Positions 12,102 to 24,690 of a stretch of DNA of 64,000 bases are shown in pieces. Origin of the DNA: Callorhinchus milii. Lineage: Eukaryota. The notes below the pieces were generated by a model, which was not told the DNA's origin, searched no databases, and was given only the letters and a program-made list of their open reading frames with translations. A program made the position numbers and the translations under genes. The stretch covers positions 46,688,001-46,752,000 of the forward strand of contig NW_024704743.1 of the NCBI RefSeq assembly GCF_018977255.1, given 5' to 3'. Every line of letters begins with the position of its first letter. The first letter of the stretch is position 1.

Positions 12102-13669
12102 CTACAGTTGCAGCAAGACTTCCCTACTCTTATATTCTAAACCTTTCGAAATGAACGCTAACATGCCGTTCGCCTTCTTAGTTGCTTGCTGCACCTGCAA
12201 ACTAACTTTTTGGGACTGGTACACAAGGACACCCAAATCCCTTTGAATACTAACACTATCTAACTTCTCCCCTTCCAGAAAATAATCTGTTCTTTTATTC
12301 TTGCTACCTAGGTGAATAATTTCACACTTGCTAACATTGAATTCCATCTGCCACCTACTTGCCCACTCCCCTAGCCTATCTATATCTTGTTGCAATCTTT
12401 TTGCATCATCCTGAGAGCTCACTCTGCTACCTAGTTTAGTATTATCTGCAAATTTAGACACATTACATTCAATGTCCTCATCCAGATCATTGATGTATAT
12501 GGTAAATAGCTGAGGCCCAAGCACTGATCCTTGTGGCACTCCACTAGTCACATCCTGCCAATTCGAGAATGATCCGTTTATCACTACTCTCTGCTTTCTA
12601 CCCGATAGCCACTCTTCTATCCATGTTAATATTTTCCCATTAATCCCGTGGGCCTTGATCTTGAGTAACAGCCTTTTGTGTGGCACCTTGTCAAATGCCT
12701 TCCTAAAATCCAAATATACCACATCTACTGGTTCCCCCTTATCCAACCTGCTGGATACATCCTCAAAAAATTCTAAAAGGTTAGTCAAGCATGACTTCCC
12801 TTTTGTAAAGCCATGTTGACTCTGCCTAATCTTTTTATGGTCTTCCAGGTATCCCATAACTATGTCTTTTATTAAGGACTCAAGAATTTTCCCTACAACT
12901 GACGTCAAACTAACTGGTCTATAGTTTTCCCTATTTTCTCTCCCATCCTTCTTAAATAGTTACGTTTGCAATCTTCCAATCAATGGGAACTTTTCCAGTA
13001 TCCACGGACTTTTGGAAGATTATAGACATGCCATCCACTATCTCAGTAGCCACCTCCTTTAAAACTCTCGAATGCAGGCCATCCGGTCCAGGGGATTTAT
13101 CGGTTTTAAGACCCGACAATTTACCTAGAACCATCTCTTTACTAATGTTAATCTCCCTAAGTTGCTCGCTAACATTGTCTTCTTGGTCCTCTATTTTTGG
13201 TACCACTATTTGGGGGTCTATAAACTACTCCCACTATAGTTTTCTTCCCCTTGAAGTTATGTATCTCTACCCATACTGACTCTACATCTTGCTTTTCAGA
13301 TTTAAAATCTTTCCTCTCTACTGTTTTTATCCCATCCTTTATTAGCAGGGCCACTCCCCCTCCTCGTTTACCACATCGCCTATCTTTCCTATATACCACG
13401 TAGCCGGGAATATTCAGTTCCCATCCCTGATCACCCTGTAACCATGTCTCGGTGATGGCTACTAGATCATACCGGTTTGTCTCTATTTGTGCAACGAATT
13501 CATCTATCTTGTTACGAATGCTTTGTGCATTCAGATATAGCACCTTTAATTTTGACTTCTGGCTATTAACCCTATTCACCAGTACTCTATCATTGTACTT
13601 CCTTTCCCTGCTTGACACACTTTGCTCTTCTCCCTTGTTAATCTGCTCTCTTGCTTTTATTGATCTCAA
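12102..13669 (-). pseudogene. CR1 ORF2 (endonuclease-RT), disrupted
   Basis: Endonuclease N-terminus (YLNAQSIRNK, AITETW, VYRPP) runs straight into pre-RT sequence at about 13205. There is a frameshift near 12955, a stop at 12102, and the FADD motif reads FADN. Confidence 0.9.
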
Positions 13670-13718
13670 GTTTAACTGTGGTGGACTATACTTTACTATG
13701 TTTTTACCTCCCCCACCC

Positions 13719-14642
13719 TTAGTAGTTTAAAGCCCTTTCTACCTCCCTATTTATTCGCGTAGCCAGGACATTTGTCCCAGCCCTAGTTAGGTGGAGCCCA
13801 TTCCTTTGGAAAACCTCCCATCTTCCCGAATACTCGTACCAGTGGCCCATGAATTGGAATTTCTGTTCTCCGCACCACTCTTTTAGGCAGGCATTCAGAT
13901 CTATGATGCTCTTTTGCCTGTACCAATTAGCTCCTGGCTCAGGTAACAGTCCCGATATCATCACTTTGGAAGTTCTATTCCTTAGTTTACTTCCCATTTC
14001 CCGGAACTCGCTCCTTAACTCGTCCCTACTGGGGTCATTGGTCCCTATATGTACTATTATGATTGGATCCTCTCCCTCATGCCTCAAATTTATCTCCAGC
14101 CCGGTGGTGACATCCTTCACCCTGGCCCCAGGAAGACAACAGAGTCTTCTTGTTTCCCTGCTACGGCTACAGAAAATGGTATCAGTCCTCCCGACTGTCT
14201 CATCCCCAATAAGAATTACATTTTTAACCTCCTGCACAAGGGTGTTGGGGTCAGTTTGCCCGTCTTCCTCGCAGATTTCCTTGTCCACACAGGTTGCCAA
14301 TATTTCAGACCTGTCAGACAAGGCTAAAGTCTGGGATTCTTCAGCCCCTCTCTTTCGGGAACGCTTGCCTGCCTGCCTGACTGTCACCCAGTCATGTCCG
14401 TCGCTGCTACATTCTTCTTCCTTGGGACTCAGGGGAGTGTCCGGCTCCAGGATAAAGCTGTCCAGGAAGTTTTCTCCATCCCTAATGCTGCACAGCATCT
14501 CCACCTGAGACTCCAGCTCAGCTACTCTCAGCTGGAGCTCTCTGATTTCCAGACACTTGCAGCAGACGAAGTCGCCCGGACTTAAGGCGCCCTCCATTGA
14601 CTCCCGTATGTGACAGACCTCGCAGTTTACCTGCCACACCAT
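13719..14642 (-). CDS. CR1 ORF1: zinc finger/leucine zipper plus SGNH esterase-like domain
   Basis: Open frame with CEVC...CCKC, the heptad LQLRVAELESQVEML, and CLPGARVKD, IVHIGTND and NGLHL blocks. Start codon uncertain. Confidence 0.85.
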   Translation of the reverse strand: MVWQVNCEVCHIRESMEGALSPGDFVCCKCLEIRELQLRVAELESQVEMLCSIRDGENFLDSFILEPDTPLSPKEEECSSDGHDWVTVRQAGKRSRKRGAEESQTLALSDRSEILATCVDKEICEEDGQTDPNTLVQEVKNVILIGDETVGRTDTIFCSRSRETRRLCCLPGARVKDVTTGLEINLRHEGEDPIIIVHIGTNDPSRDELRSEFREMGSKLRNRTSKVMISGLLPEPGANWYRQKSIIDLNACLKEWCGEQKFQFMGHWYEYSGRWEVFQRNGLHLTRAGTNVLATRINREVERALNY

Positions 14643-15409
14643 CTTCACAAACTTTATATAGATACAAAGATATATAGCCTGCCCCCACTTTCCCCTCTGC
14701 ACCTAATTCCCACTCTCACCAAATTCCCTCACACTCTGGCCTCGCCTCACTCCGGTCGTAGCTCACTCTGGGCTCTCGGTTCAGAAGTAAAACTACATTG
14801 CAAATACAAATTCATCCCATCTTTGAGAAGCAGGACCCAACTATTGTTCTTTGAAGTTCAGGCCCTTGATTCCTGAATTCCCCATATGGATTTGTTTGAC
14901 TCATAAAAGATCATTCAGGAAGATTAGTTCCCAGCTGTCATACAGCTCCATGGCTAATAGATCCACATCACACATGAGATGGTGAGATAAATCTCTACTG
15001 GAGTAGAGAGAATTTAGTGTAAGTGAAATCAGATCTATCAGTCTTGCATAGATGTATCTAATGAAGCATTATGAATGACATACATATTTTGTTTTACAAA
15101 TCATTTTTTTATACATCTATTGGAATTGCTTGGGTCTTTTGGAGTCTTTTGTAATTTATGCTGCTATACATATGATTAATGCATTCTCTCCATTGTAAAC
15201 AGGGTTACTAGTAAATCATTTTCAGATTGTAATGTCTGTCACACAATTTAAAAATTGCAATGCATAGTATATCTTGAAGATGTAAATGTGGATATCATGT
15301 TAACAGAATGCAGTGTGAAAAGGCAAAGAGTAGCTAGAGACGGAAACAGAAAGGAGCAGATACAAAGCGGTGCAGACTGAGATAGAGAAAGGAGGAAAAG
15401 AAGTGCATC

Positions 15410-15598
15410 TAATAATAATAATAAATTGGTCACATGAATCCACAACTGTTTGTGGGACACTGCTATGCGCAATTGGCTGCCGCATTTCGCTCACAAAATA
15501 TACAGTCAATTCACTTTACAATATATTTTGTGAAGCGCTTTGAGACGTCTTGAAGATGTGATAAAGTGCTATTCCAAATGCAAGGATTATTATTATTA
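15410..15598 (+). mobile_element. 5'-truncated SINE
   Basis: aattggtcac...tgtttgtgggacactgctatgcgcaattggctgccgc...aatgcaaggat(TAT)n. Confidence 0.85.
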
Positions 15599-17749
15599 TC
15601 ACATAATGGGTGAAGGGGAAAACAGACAGATGGACAGATAAAGACAAAGAGAGTGATTCTGCAATAAAATTTGGCACGTTTACCAGTTAAAGTAGAGACA
15701 GTACATTTTGGAGGTGTAAAACCTCAAGGAAGATTGTCCTTTTGTAAACTCACTAGCATAAGACTACAAATTCACTGACCAGCAGAGATCTGTCTTGAGA
15801 CTGTCAGAGAGCACAAGAAGCAAAATAAAACAAGGCAGAGTCGTAGAGAATGGGGTTAAGGAAAGGAGCATAAAGGGTAATAAATAATTACATTGTCTAC
15901 ATAAAGCACAGTTCCTGCTCTGTAAGTTCCTCCTCAGGTCATTATTCCATTACGACAGTAACATACAAGCTGGCTTCAACAGGTGTGAGGAACAGCTATA
16001 AAACTGTGACCCCGATGCATGTGAAGTTTTACATCTTGTTCATTCCTGGAATGAATTGGGTATTCAGCTGCTCCCTGCTTGTGCAGCCCCCCTCCATTAC
16101 AATTAATGCAGCACTTAGAACCATAGAAATGTACAAACCATTAGGAGACGATTCGATTCATTATTTCACAGCGATGTTTTGCTCCTCCAAGTAGCCATTC
16201 TTCCTAATCTCAATTCCCTGCTCTTTCCCCATAACAATTACAACTTCCCCATAACTTCCCTCTGCATGTGCCTGTTCAGTTCTTTTCAAATGCTGCCATG
16301 AGCACTCTATCATTTTGTTGTTCTTAATAATACTAATCCCCCTGCATCAATCTTCTTCCATACCATTCAGGCCTTGGGACGTCCTCCCAATGTGAAAGGT
16401 GCTATACAAATTTCATTTTATATTGTATTGTATTGTAAAAGTCGATGATATGTTCACTAGAATCCATTCAAGGCTGCTCTGAAACCAGCCTCAAGCAGGT
16501 CAATGTAAGAAGCTTGGGATGATGTCACTCAGTTGACATTTCAATGACATGATAAGGCACTATATCAAATTCGAGGGTTATTATTATTATTATTATTACC
16601 AGGTGTGAAAGCACTTCTGTGCCTGCCCGTGAGACCAAGTCAAGATTGGTGACTCATTTGATGAAGGATGCATTGTGCTATGAAATAGTGGGAATGCCAT
16701 TTACAGCAGTGGGTCACCCATTCTCAGCCATATTACTGTGAGCCAGAGCTGGGAGGAAAGAAGATCACACTTGGGCACGTTATGGGCAACTGCTTCATAG
16801 TAACCTTGACGGAGCTCTAGCAGTGGGTAGCAGCCAACCTTTGTCATGGACGGTGCACCGTATGAGGAGGCTGAGTGAAAGACAGGAATTAACTGGTAAA
16901 ATGGGACAGCATTGCCTCTGCCTCCTTCTCTAAAATACATAAGAGACAACAGGGTCAAATTTCTGATAATCACCAGTGGAATTGTCATTTTCAGCAGTAA
17001 ATATTAAAAACATTCAATTTGTGAAATTCCTAAAACATCTAATTCTGAAAGTTGGCAAAGTGTGAGGGAAAGGCTGGTGAGCAAAATGTTCATCATATCC
17101 CTCTTCCACTTTGCCACCTTTCAGAAATCACATTGAACTGTTTTGTGCCACTTAAATTACTTTTCCCTTAATGGGTGTTACAATTAGAGCTTCAAATCCC
17201 ACATGTGAATACCACAAAGTAATATGCAGTGTGTAATAAGCAGTTTACCAGCAGAGAATCAACTGCAAGGATGTGGGTTGCAAATGCAATATTCATTTGT
17301 CAAAATATATTGGCATTTGTCAGTCCTCTGCTTTGGTTCATGTACATTTGTGGTGAAAGAATAGCTCCAAACACAACAACTCAGCTGTTCAGCTATTGGA
17401 ACAACTTGTCTTATTTATGTATTTACTTAAATATTTGAAAATAAAAGGGAGTTTTTCCCTGTCAACAATCCCTCTACAATCTCCTGGGCAATAAGCCCCC
17501 AGATAAAATTGGTCATTCACTTTATGGCTGTGCACAAAATTAGCTATTATATTCGCTGACAAAACACAGTCACTACACTTTACAGTATATCATGTGAAAC
17601 GCTTTGGGGCATCCTCCCGATGGAAAGGCACTTAAATAGGAATAAGGAATATCATTAAATATAACAGTGATTGCATTTGATCATCTCCTGTTGCTCATTG
17701 AATGTTTGTGCAACTGATGTAATGCAGTTTTATTTGTGTGTGACCACAG

Positions 17750-17794
17750 GGTCCACAAGGAATTCAAGGGATTATGGGACCAAAAGGAGAGAAA
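17750..17794 (+). CDS. COLQ: COLQ exon 4 (45 nt)
   Basis: acag|GGT...AAA|gtaagt; GPQGIQGIMGPKGEK. Confidence 0.96.
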
Positions 17795-18145
17795 GTAAGT
17801 TTGTTTGTTGTGGTATTTCAATCTGACATTGCTAAGGCTCAGTAATATCAGTGTTGGTGTACTCTCTGTTCTGTTATATTCTCTTGCTCCCTCACCCTTT
17901 CAAGGTCTGTCTCAAGACATTCATCTTTACATGTGCCTTTGGTTATCTCTTTCCTTCCCACCCCCATCAGCTCCCACCCGTAGCTCAGGTTCCCAGACAG
18001 GACTATCAAGTGCCTTGAGGGTGACCTCTCAACATGAAACATTCTATATAAATATAACTGTGTATTGTATGAAGCTCAAATCATTCCAATTATTGCTTTG
18101 AGAATAATAGCATGTGCCAATGAAATCTCTGTCTGTCTCTTGCAG

Positions 18146-18172
18146 GGGGATATTGGAAGACCAGGAAGGAAA
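18146..18172 (+). CDS. COLQ: COLQ exon 5 (27 nt), N-terminal heparin-binding motif
   Basis: gcag|GGG...AAA|gtaagt; GDIGRPGRK. Confidence 0.95.
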
Positions 18173-18654
18173 GTAAGTAAGATCAAGCTTGATCATATGT
18201 GTTTTTTCCTTGGATATTTGAAAGTCCTTTGGTCGTGTTGCTTAAAAATGAGCTGACATTGTATTGCAGCGGTGAGGTCACAACTTAAGGCTTGCCAGTT
18301 TGAAACCTATTGCTCCATACAGAATGCATTGCAAGACATTCCAAGACATTACTTCAGTTTGGTATCCCGTTTTTTAAAAAATGAACCATGTGTGGACATA
18401 AAATATATTGGGTTGAATGAACATCCAAATGTGTTGTGTTAAAGCTCAGACAATTGTAACCCAGAACTGTAAATAAAAGTGACAAAAAACGTTGTGCTTA
18501 TGACCTGAAATATTTTCGAATTGAACACCCGCATTGGCTGGGTCCATGAGAAACTTGTGACAGTGGTTGATTCACAGAGTTATGGAGGCCTTCTCTTTAT
18601 TTTATTCCTATCAAACAATGGATGTCTAACTAACTCTCTAATATTACTTTGCAG

Positions 18655-18726
18655 GGTAGAGCAGGTATTGTCGGCCCCCGTGGAATGCCAGGGGTCTCTG
18701 GTTCACTGGGACGAATGGGGCCAAAG
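18655..18726 (+). CDS. COLQ: COLQ exon 6 (72 nt)
   Basis: gcag|GGT...AAG|gtaagc; GRAGIVGPRGMPGVSGSLGRMGPK. Confidence 0.96.
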
Positions 18727-18885
18727 GTAAGCACTGTTGATTTTCTGGGTTTATTTAGACCAGTGGTGGCCAACCTTTTTGGTTGGCCAACAACATTAAT
18801 GTTCTTGATTGAATATTTCTTGATTTATGCCATTAAGTGTTCTCGCATTTTATTACATGCACCTGATTTATGTTTCTAATTTTAG

Positions 18886-18948
18886 GGTGAAATGGGCGAT
18901 GCAGGATTAATGGGATTTCCTGGTGCAAGAGGACCAATGGGCCCTAAG
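18886..18948 (+). CDS. COLQ: COLQ exon 7 (63 nt)
   Basis: ttag|GGT...AAG|gtttgt; GEMGDAGLMGFPGARGPMGPK. Confidence 0.96.
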
Positions 18949-19111
18949 GTTTGTAACTTTGTGTTGTGTCTTGTAACCAGTGGCACTTGGTACAATATGC
19001 ACTTTATAAAGAATTTGGGTTTTTGCTCCTCCACTTCTGAAGAAACAGATTCAGACTGGGGTGCAGTTTCTTGGGCATTGGCATCCTTCTTTCTCTCATC
19101 CAGATGATCAG

Positions 19112-19380
19112 GCTTAGCCTAGACAGTAAGTAGGAACCTGGTTGTTAGTCGTTTGGCTGATCACTTTTCTGGGGGAAATAATCGCATTAAAAATAATAAT
19201 TTGGTCACTCAATCCACAATTGTTTGTGGTACACTGTTGTGCGCAATTGACCGTGCTTTGCACACAAAATATACAGTCATTTCACTTTACAGTATATTCT
19301 GTGAAGCGCTTTGAGACGTCTCGAAGATGTGATAAGGCTCTATATCAAATGCAAGGATTATCATTTATTATTATAATCAT
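19112..19380 (+). mobile_element. SINE, long subfamily, head truncated
   Basis: cagtaagtaggaacctggttgttagtc segment plus core and tail. Confidence 0.85.
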
Positions 19381-21296
19381 TACCAGAAAGATTCTCACTC
19401 CCAGACACTCAGACCTCACTGCAAATACTGTCAGGCGCCTATATAACTCACACAGCAGTGTAAGTTACTTTTTAAATTGTGACTGGCATGCCATGTAGTA
19501 GGAGACAGCAAAACTAATGCACAGCAGCAATCAGACAGGTATAGTAGCAGCCCTCGCTAAATTTACTTGTAATGGGTTTGAATGGCATCCACATGGTGTA
19601 GATATCTATCTATAGTGCAGTCAGTGGAAAAAGACTGCCTTGTTCCTACTGTTAAAATGGAAATCAAACTGTTTGGTAACATATACAGGAAAACAGATGC
19701 TTGCTGATTAAAATATACAGATCACGACAGCACTGTACAAGAATTCTGCGTGTGGCTGTTCTCACCTTTACTGGAGTCAAACAATGATATGTTATTAGTC
19801 AAGCAATATCTTTATTAGTGTTATGGTTAACAGTACAGGAAACGTTTAGACATTGTTTTGGGTCAAATTATCTCTGGCCTAAAAGTATGAAATATTATTT
19901 AAAATAAGTAATTTAATCGAGGGGTTCGGATGATGTTATAAATTGCGAGAGAGAAACTTTATGGATGTTATCTGAACCCTGAGATTGGGTTACAGTCTTG
20001 AAATGACTCCCTGGTATCTTACTATTTATAACGCTAAGTTTAAATTTAACATCAGGAGAGAGTAGTATTTTGTTTTTGTGCCTTTTTTGTGCCGGAGGCT
20101 GGCTCTCAGTGTTCTCTGTGTCCTTGAAGCATGATGAGAGTGATTCAGGCAGGATTGCTTGATGTGGCTGGAACTTCACCTCTCCTTCTGTCCCATTTCT
20201 GAAGATTTATCACAGAACAATCTGCCTTCGATTGCCAGGAACATTGATGCTCAGCGTGTTTCACTCATTGCATTTCAAATAAATAATAATCCTTTGCTTT
20301 TGACACAGCGCCTTTTATGTCAGGAGGACACAGAATTAATTATAAAGCGGAGTGACTATTTTTGTCGGTGAATGCGGCAGGCAGGCAATTTGCACACATT
20401 GAACCAAACTAAACCCCCTTTATTAGTCATTTACAAAGCAAATCTCTACGATTTTCTCTCTCACAAAGACCTGCAAAAAATTATTTGAGTCAAAAAAATG
20501 CACATGAGACTTTGATTTTTTTGAGTACATTTTTTGTCAACCGGATGACGCTGACACTTGTGGAAACCCATCACCATGCTTAAGAATATCCAAACAAACT
20601 GGTGAATTCCATGCTTCCCTAACACACATTATCCTGTTTGTATTTTATTAATGTGTGTTGAAGCATAATATTCTGATATATCAATCCTCTCTGACATATC
20701 ATGTCCTATTTGTTCTCTCTTGCCTCTGCTGTCCACCATGCTCCTCCTTTAGTCTTCTCACTTTGACTGCTGGCATCTTCATAGTTTCCTTCAAATATGC
20801 AAATCAATATATCCAAAATACTATGAATCTATACATTTCACTGCAAGCTGCTTATAATAAAATAAGCGCGCTTATTCTGTCCGTTTCTCAGAGTTTAGAT
20901 CATCAGGGTTCCAATGAGAGTGGCCCTGAGAGGAATCTTTAGGATGTGAAGGAATTAAGTGTTATTTAGTCTCAGTGCTTTACTTATTGTACTTTGTGCC
21001 AAATGGCATTCAATTTAGATGGAAAATACACTTTTGAATGTTGAATTTGTTCAGAAATTACCAGGGCTTTTAAGAAGGTGTGAACGTTTCATGCTCCGAG
21101 GATTAAAGGCCTCCTCTGTCTATTCAGTCCCAGAACTTATTGTGGGCAAATGGTGCCTTGGAAATGGACAGTTTTGGCAATGTGGGCTAGGACCACAAAA
21201 TTATACAGGCTCCTGTATGGATTAGAGGTGAAGAAGTGAATACCTGTGACTTGTGCAAGATATTTTACTTTATTCCCATTTTTCTCTTCATTCTAG

Positions 21297-21323
21297 GGGA
21301 TAATTGGACCTAAAGGTGATAAG
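21297..21323 (+). CDS. COLQ: COLQ exon 8 (27 nt)
   Basis: ctag|GGG...AAG|gtcagt; GIIGPKGDK. Confidence 0.93.
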
Positions 21324-21430
21324 GTCAGTAGTTACTTAAATATTGTGAATTCTGTCTTGAAATACTTATTCTTCTCAATCATTTATTCGAAAGCTGGGGT
21401 GATATTTGAATGTGTTTGTGTTTCCTGCAG

Positions 21431-21475
21431 GGGGTAAGAGGTGGAAGGGGTGAAGAAGGAAGCAAAGGAGAAACG
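21431..21475 (+). CDS. COLQ: COLQ exon 9 (45 nt)
   Basis: gcag|GGG...ACG|gtaagt; GVRGGRGEEGSKGET. Confidence 0.93.
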
Positions 21476-22485
21476 GTAAGTATCATGATGTGAACTGAAA
21501 CATTTTATAGTTGAGGATCAAAGTTACTTTCAGACAAGGTCCAGTCACTTCATTCTCTAATCTTACGAAGGCCTGAGGTTCACATGATTCCTACTCAATC
21601 CCACTTTTTATTGTGATTAATAGAAGCCACAACTTGGTTGTCACTACATTTTTCCAGATAAAACTGATTCTGGGTCCACACCCTGCCTCAAATACTAAGC
21701 AGATAGAAATCAGGAACTCTGGCTGACCCACAGTAATTTATATGAATGTATTTAAAGATCATTCAACAGAAAGGGAGAAGGGGGCCATTCCTTTATTCAC
21801 TTAAATAAAATTGCACCTTGATGAAAGCCAAGTCAATTTTCAACTGTTCTGATCTGCTGGCTTGGAGCCTTTTACACTTTAATTAAGTGCTCTGGGACAC
21901 CACTCTGTGTAGGGTTGCTATATAAATGCAAGTCGTTGTTGTTAATTCATTCCTTCTCACTCATGGAATAAACTGCACATTGAACTAACTGTCTTAGATT
22001 ATCAGCCTGTCCAGTCTGTGTCCATTTAAAAATAAGACTATATCCGGCATACAGTTCCGTTAACAAAAATGATGTGGCCATAAATAGAATTGTAATATTC
22101 AGCTCTCAATTTCCCCGAGACACTAGCTGCGTGAAGAATGCCATAGTGTAAAATGTAATAATAAGAATGGAAATGCAGCTGGAAATGTGGCTAACAATCA
22201 AAATCTTGTTTCCAAATTCAGTAAAGTTACCTGGAATCAGAAAGACTAAATCCTCTATAATGCATCATTTACTGGTCAGGCTCAGGTTCATAGGACTCGT
22301 CACCATACTGGGAAATCCACCTTTAAAGTGTACAGTATCTTCTGCCATTATTGTGTAGATATACATATATGTATATTATATGTATATAATATAAATTGCA
22401 TTTTCTGTATTTGAGCTGAAAAACAGAAATGCAATTGTGGAAAACAGTGCTGACACAAGTAATAGCAGAATATCTTTCTTTCCAG

Positions 22486-22521
22486 GGTGTTATGGGCCTT
22501 CCTGGAATGCTCGGACAGAAA
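22486..22521 (+). CDS. COLQ: COLQ exon 10 (36 nt)
   Basis: ccag|GGT...AAA|gtaagt; GVMGLPGMLGQK. Confidence 0.96.
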
Positions 22522-22940
22522 GTAAGTATATCATAACTACCGCAATCTCATGTAGAAATCCTCAGTTAGTGGCTGGTTAGCAATAAGCTGGAGTTGCCAT
22601 GTGCTGTGTATAAAATAACTTAAATCGGAGAGAAAGAAAAGTGAAATAAAATGGAAAAAACAGGGAGGAACGACAGTCAGAAATAGAAATGAGCTGAAGT
22701 GGAAAGAAAATGCAATGTATTCTTTCCTCTGGCAATTATGCACTCCAGTGCTCAGGAAGTGAAACTTTAAGAATTAGATAACAAATTCGTCAGCTACCTT
22801 CTGCATTCATTGCCTCCAAGTATCCACTTTAAATCTATTCAAAGCTGTTGTAGGGGCAGGAAGGCATTGAGTTGACCGGGTTGGGTGGGTGTATCAATGA
22901 GGGCTTGTCTCCACAGCCCAGTTTCAATAACTTACAATAA

Positions 22941-23117
<177 letters not shown>

Positions 23118-24479
23118 TAGGACACATTGTCACATGATGCTAGGGTGGGCACAAATCACGTTACATGGGGAATGCAAATGTTTCCTCTCATTCATTTTTG
23201 TTTTCTCAATTTTATTCTAAAATTATATGTGTGAAAGTATAATTATCCTTCTCATAGACAAGAAAATGATTGCATGACAAGCTTTCTTGTATGGGGGTAA
23301 CCTGATAAGGTACAAAAGATTAGAGATATTGCCTTTGCAAGTCAGTATCAAGTGATATTCATGCACATCATGAATACGTGTATTGGTAGACGATCTGTTC
23401 TCATTTACCTCCTTTCTGACTGGAACATGAATTCAGCACTTAACATTGATTTCCTGTCTCAAAATGTAATGTTGAACTAGATTTCTATGCTTGTAAATTG
23501 GTTAAACCATTATTTCATAATCTTATGTTTCTCCCCTGCCAAGTATAGGGAATAATGTGTGTTCTGTCTCTACTGACTCAATTCACTTGAATTAGTCTTG
23601 GTCAAGCAAAATAATGGCAAAGAAGCATTCAGGAGCTCAGACATATGACTCATAAGATACCTTGTGCAAACATGTATGTATTATGTAGAAGCATGTTATA
23701 AAATGTGGGAAGCATGTTAGATAATACATACATATTATGTACATTACAGTACATGTATGTACAGTAGAAATTATCTTTAACTGCTTAATTATATATTTGA
23801 CAACCAATACTTTTCATTGACTGTTAATTCCACAATTAAAGGCATCTGTAATTCTGCTGGTACATACACATTTACCTGTAACTTACACAATGTGCATTTT
23901 AGATCCTGATTCAGAGCCATGGAAAAGCAAGTATCCATTCTGTGACAATGGATTCAGGTTTAGAGGCTTCTGAGTGAGTTGACCACATAGCAGCTTTGGT
24001 TTGCCAGGGAGCAGACAGCAGCCTTCCTCTCACCAACTAGATAGTCAAGGATGCAGACACAAGTTGTCATTATAGTGCTGCAGGATTTACTGATTATATT
24101 GTGTATTTTTGGTCAAGCTGGTTGCTCTTTTTTCAGCAAAAACGGACTACTGTCTCAAGATCTTGACATACTGAAAATGCCACAGAGGTTTTGATTTGAT
24201 TGTAACATTTTATTGCCAAGTACATCACCTTGGAACCAGCTCAGCTCCAAGGAGACCCCGCTTATCTCCTCACCTCCAAGGAGAATAGTCGAATGGTCTT
24301 AAATAATATGTTTTTTTTTGTACTGTATGTTGTGGTACATATAACATTGGAGGCAAGGTGAAATGAGCAGAAGCATATTAATTTTAACTGTCAGATGGGG
24401 GAAGAGTGCAAGTCATAAACTATTATCTCATGGTTGAATAGGCAATTAAATCCTAACAACGGTGCTGTGATTAAATAAC

Positions 24480-24690
24480 TGAGAAAATAGACAAAGGCGA
24501 TGCTGTGGACGTGGTATATATAGATTTCAGAAGGCTTTCAATAAGATGCTGCATAAGAGGTTTGTTAAAAAAAAATGAGGGTGCTTGGTATTAATGGAAA
24601 AGCAGCAGCATGGATAGAAAGCTGGTTAAAGGATAGGAAACAGAGGATGGGAGTACAGGGTCGTTATTCTGAATGGAGTGAAGTAACTCA
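24480..24690 (+). mobile_element. Old CR1 RT fragment
   Basis: gacaaaggcgatgctgtggacgtggtatatatagatttcagaaggc (DKGDAVDVVYIDF-like), degenerate. Confidence 0.7.

Larger units (their letters stand above)
11515..14783 (-). mobile_element. Near full-length CR1-clade LINE with internal ORF2 deletion
   Basis: 5'UTR, ORF1, truncated APE endonuclease and RT (LDFRKAFDKVPH, SGVPQGSVLGP, FADNTKL). 3' tail gggccgaatggcctactcctgctcc(TTCTTATG)n. Confidence 0.95.

Noticed and set aside
13849..14508. 219-aa plus-strand ORF
   Set aside because: Antisense shadow of CR1 ORF1 with no recognisable domain
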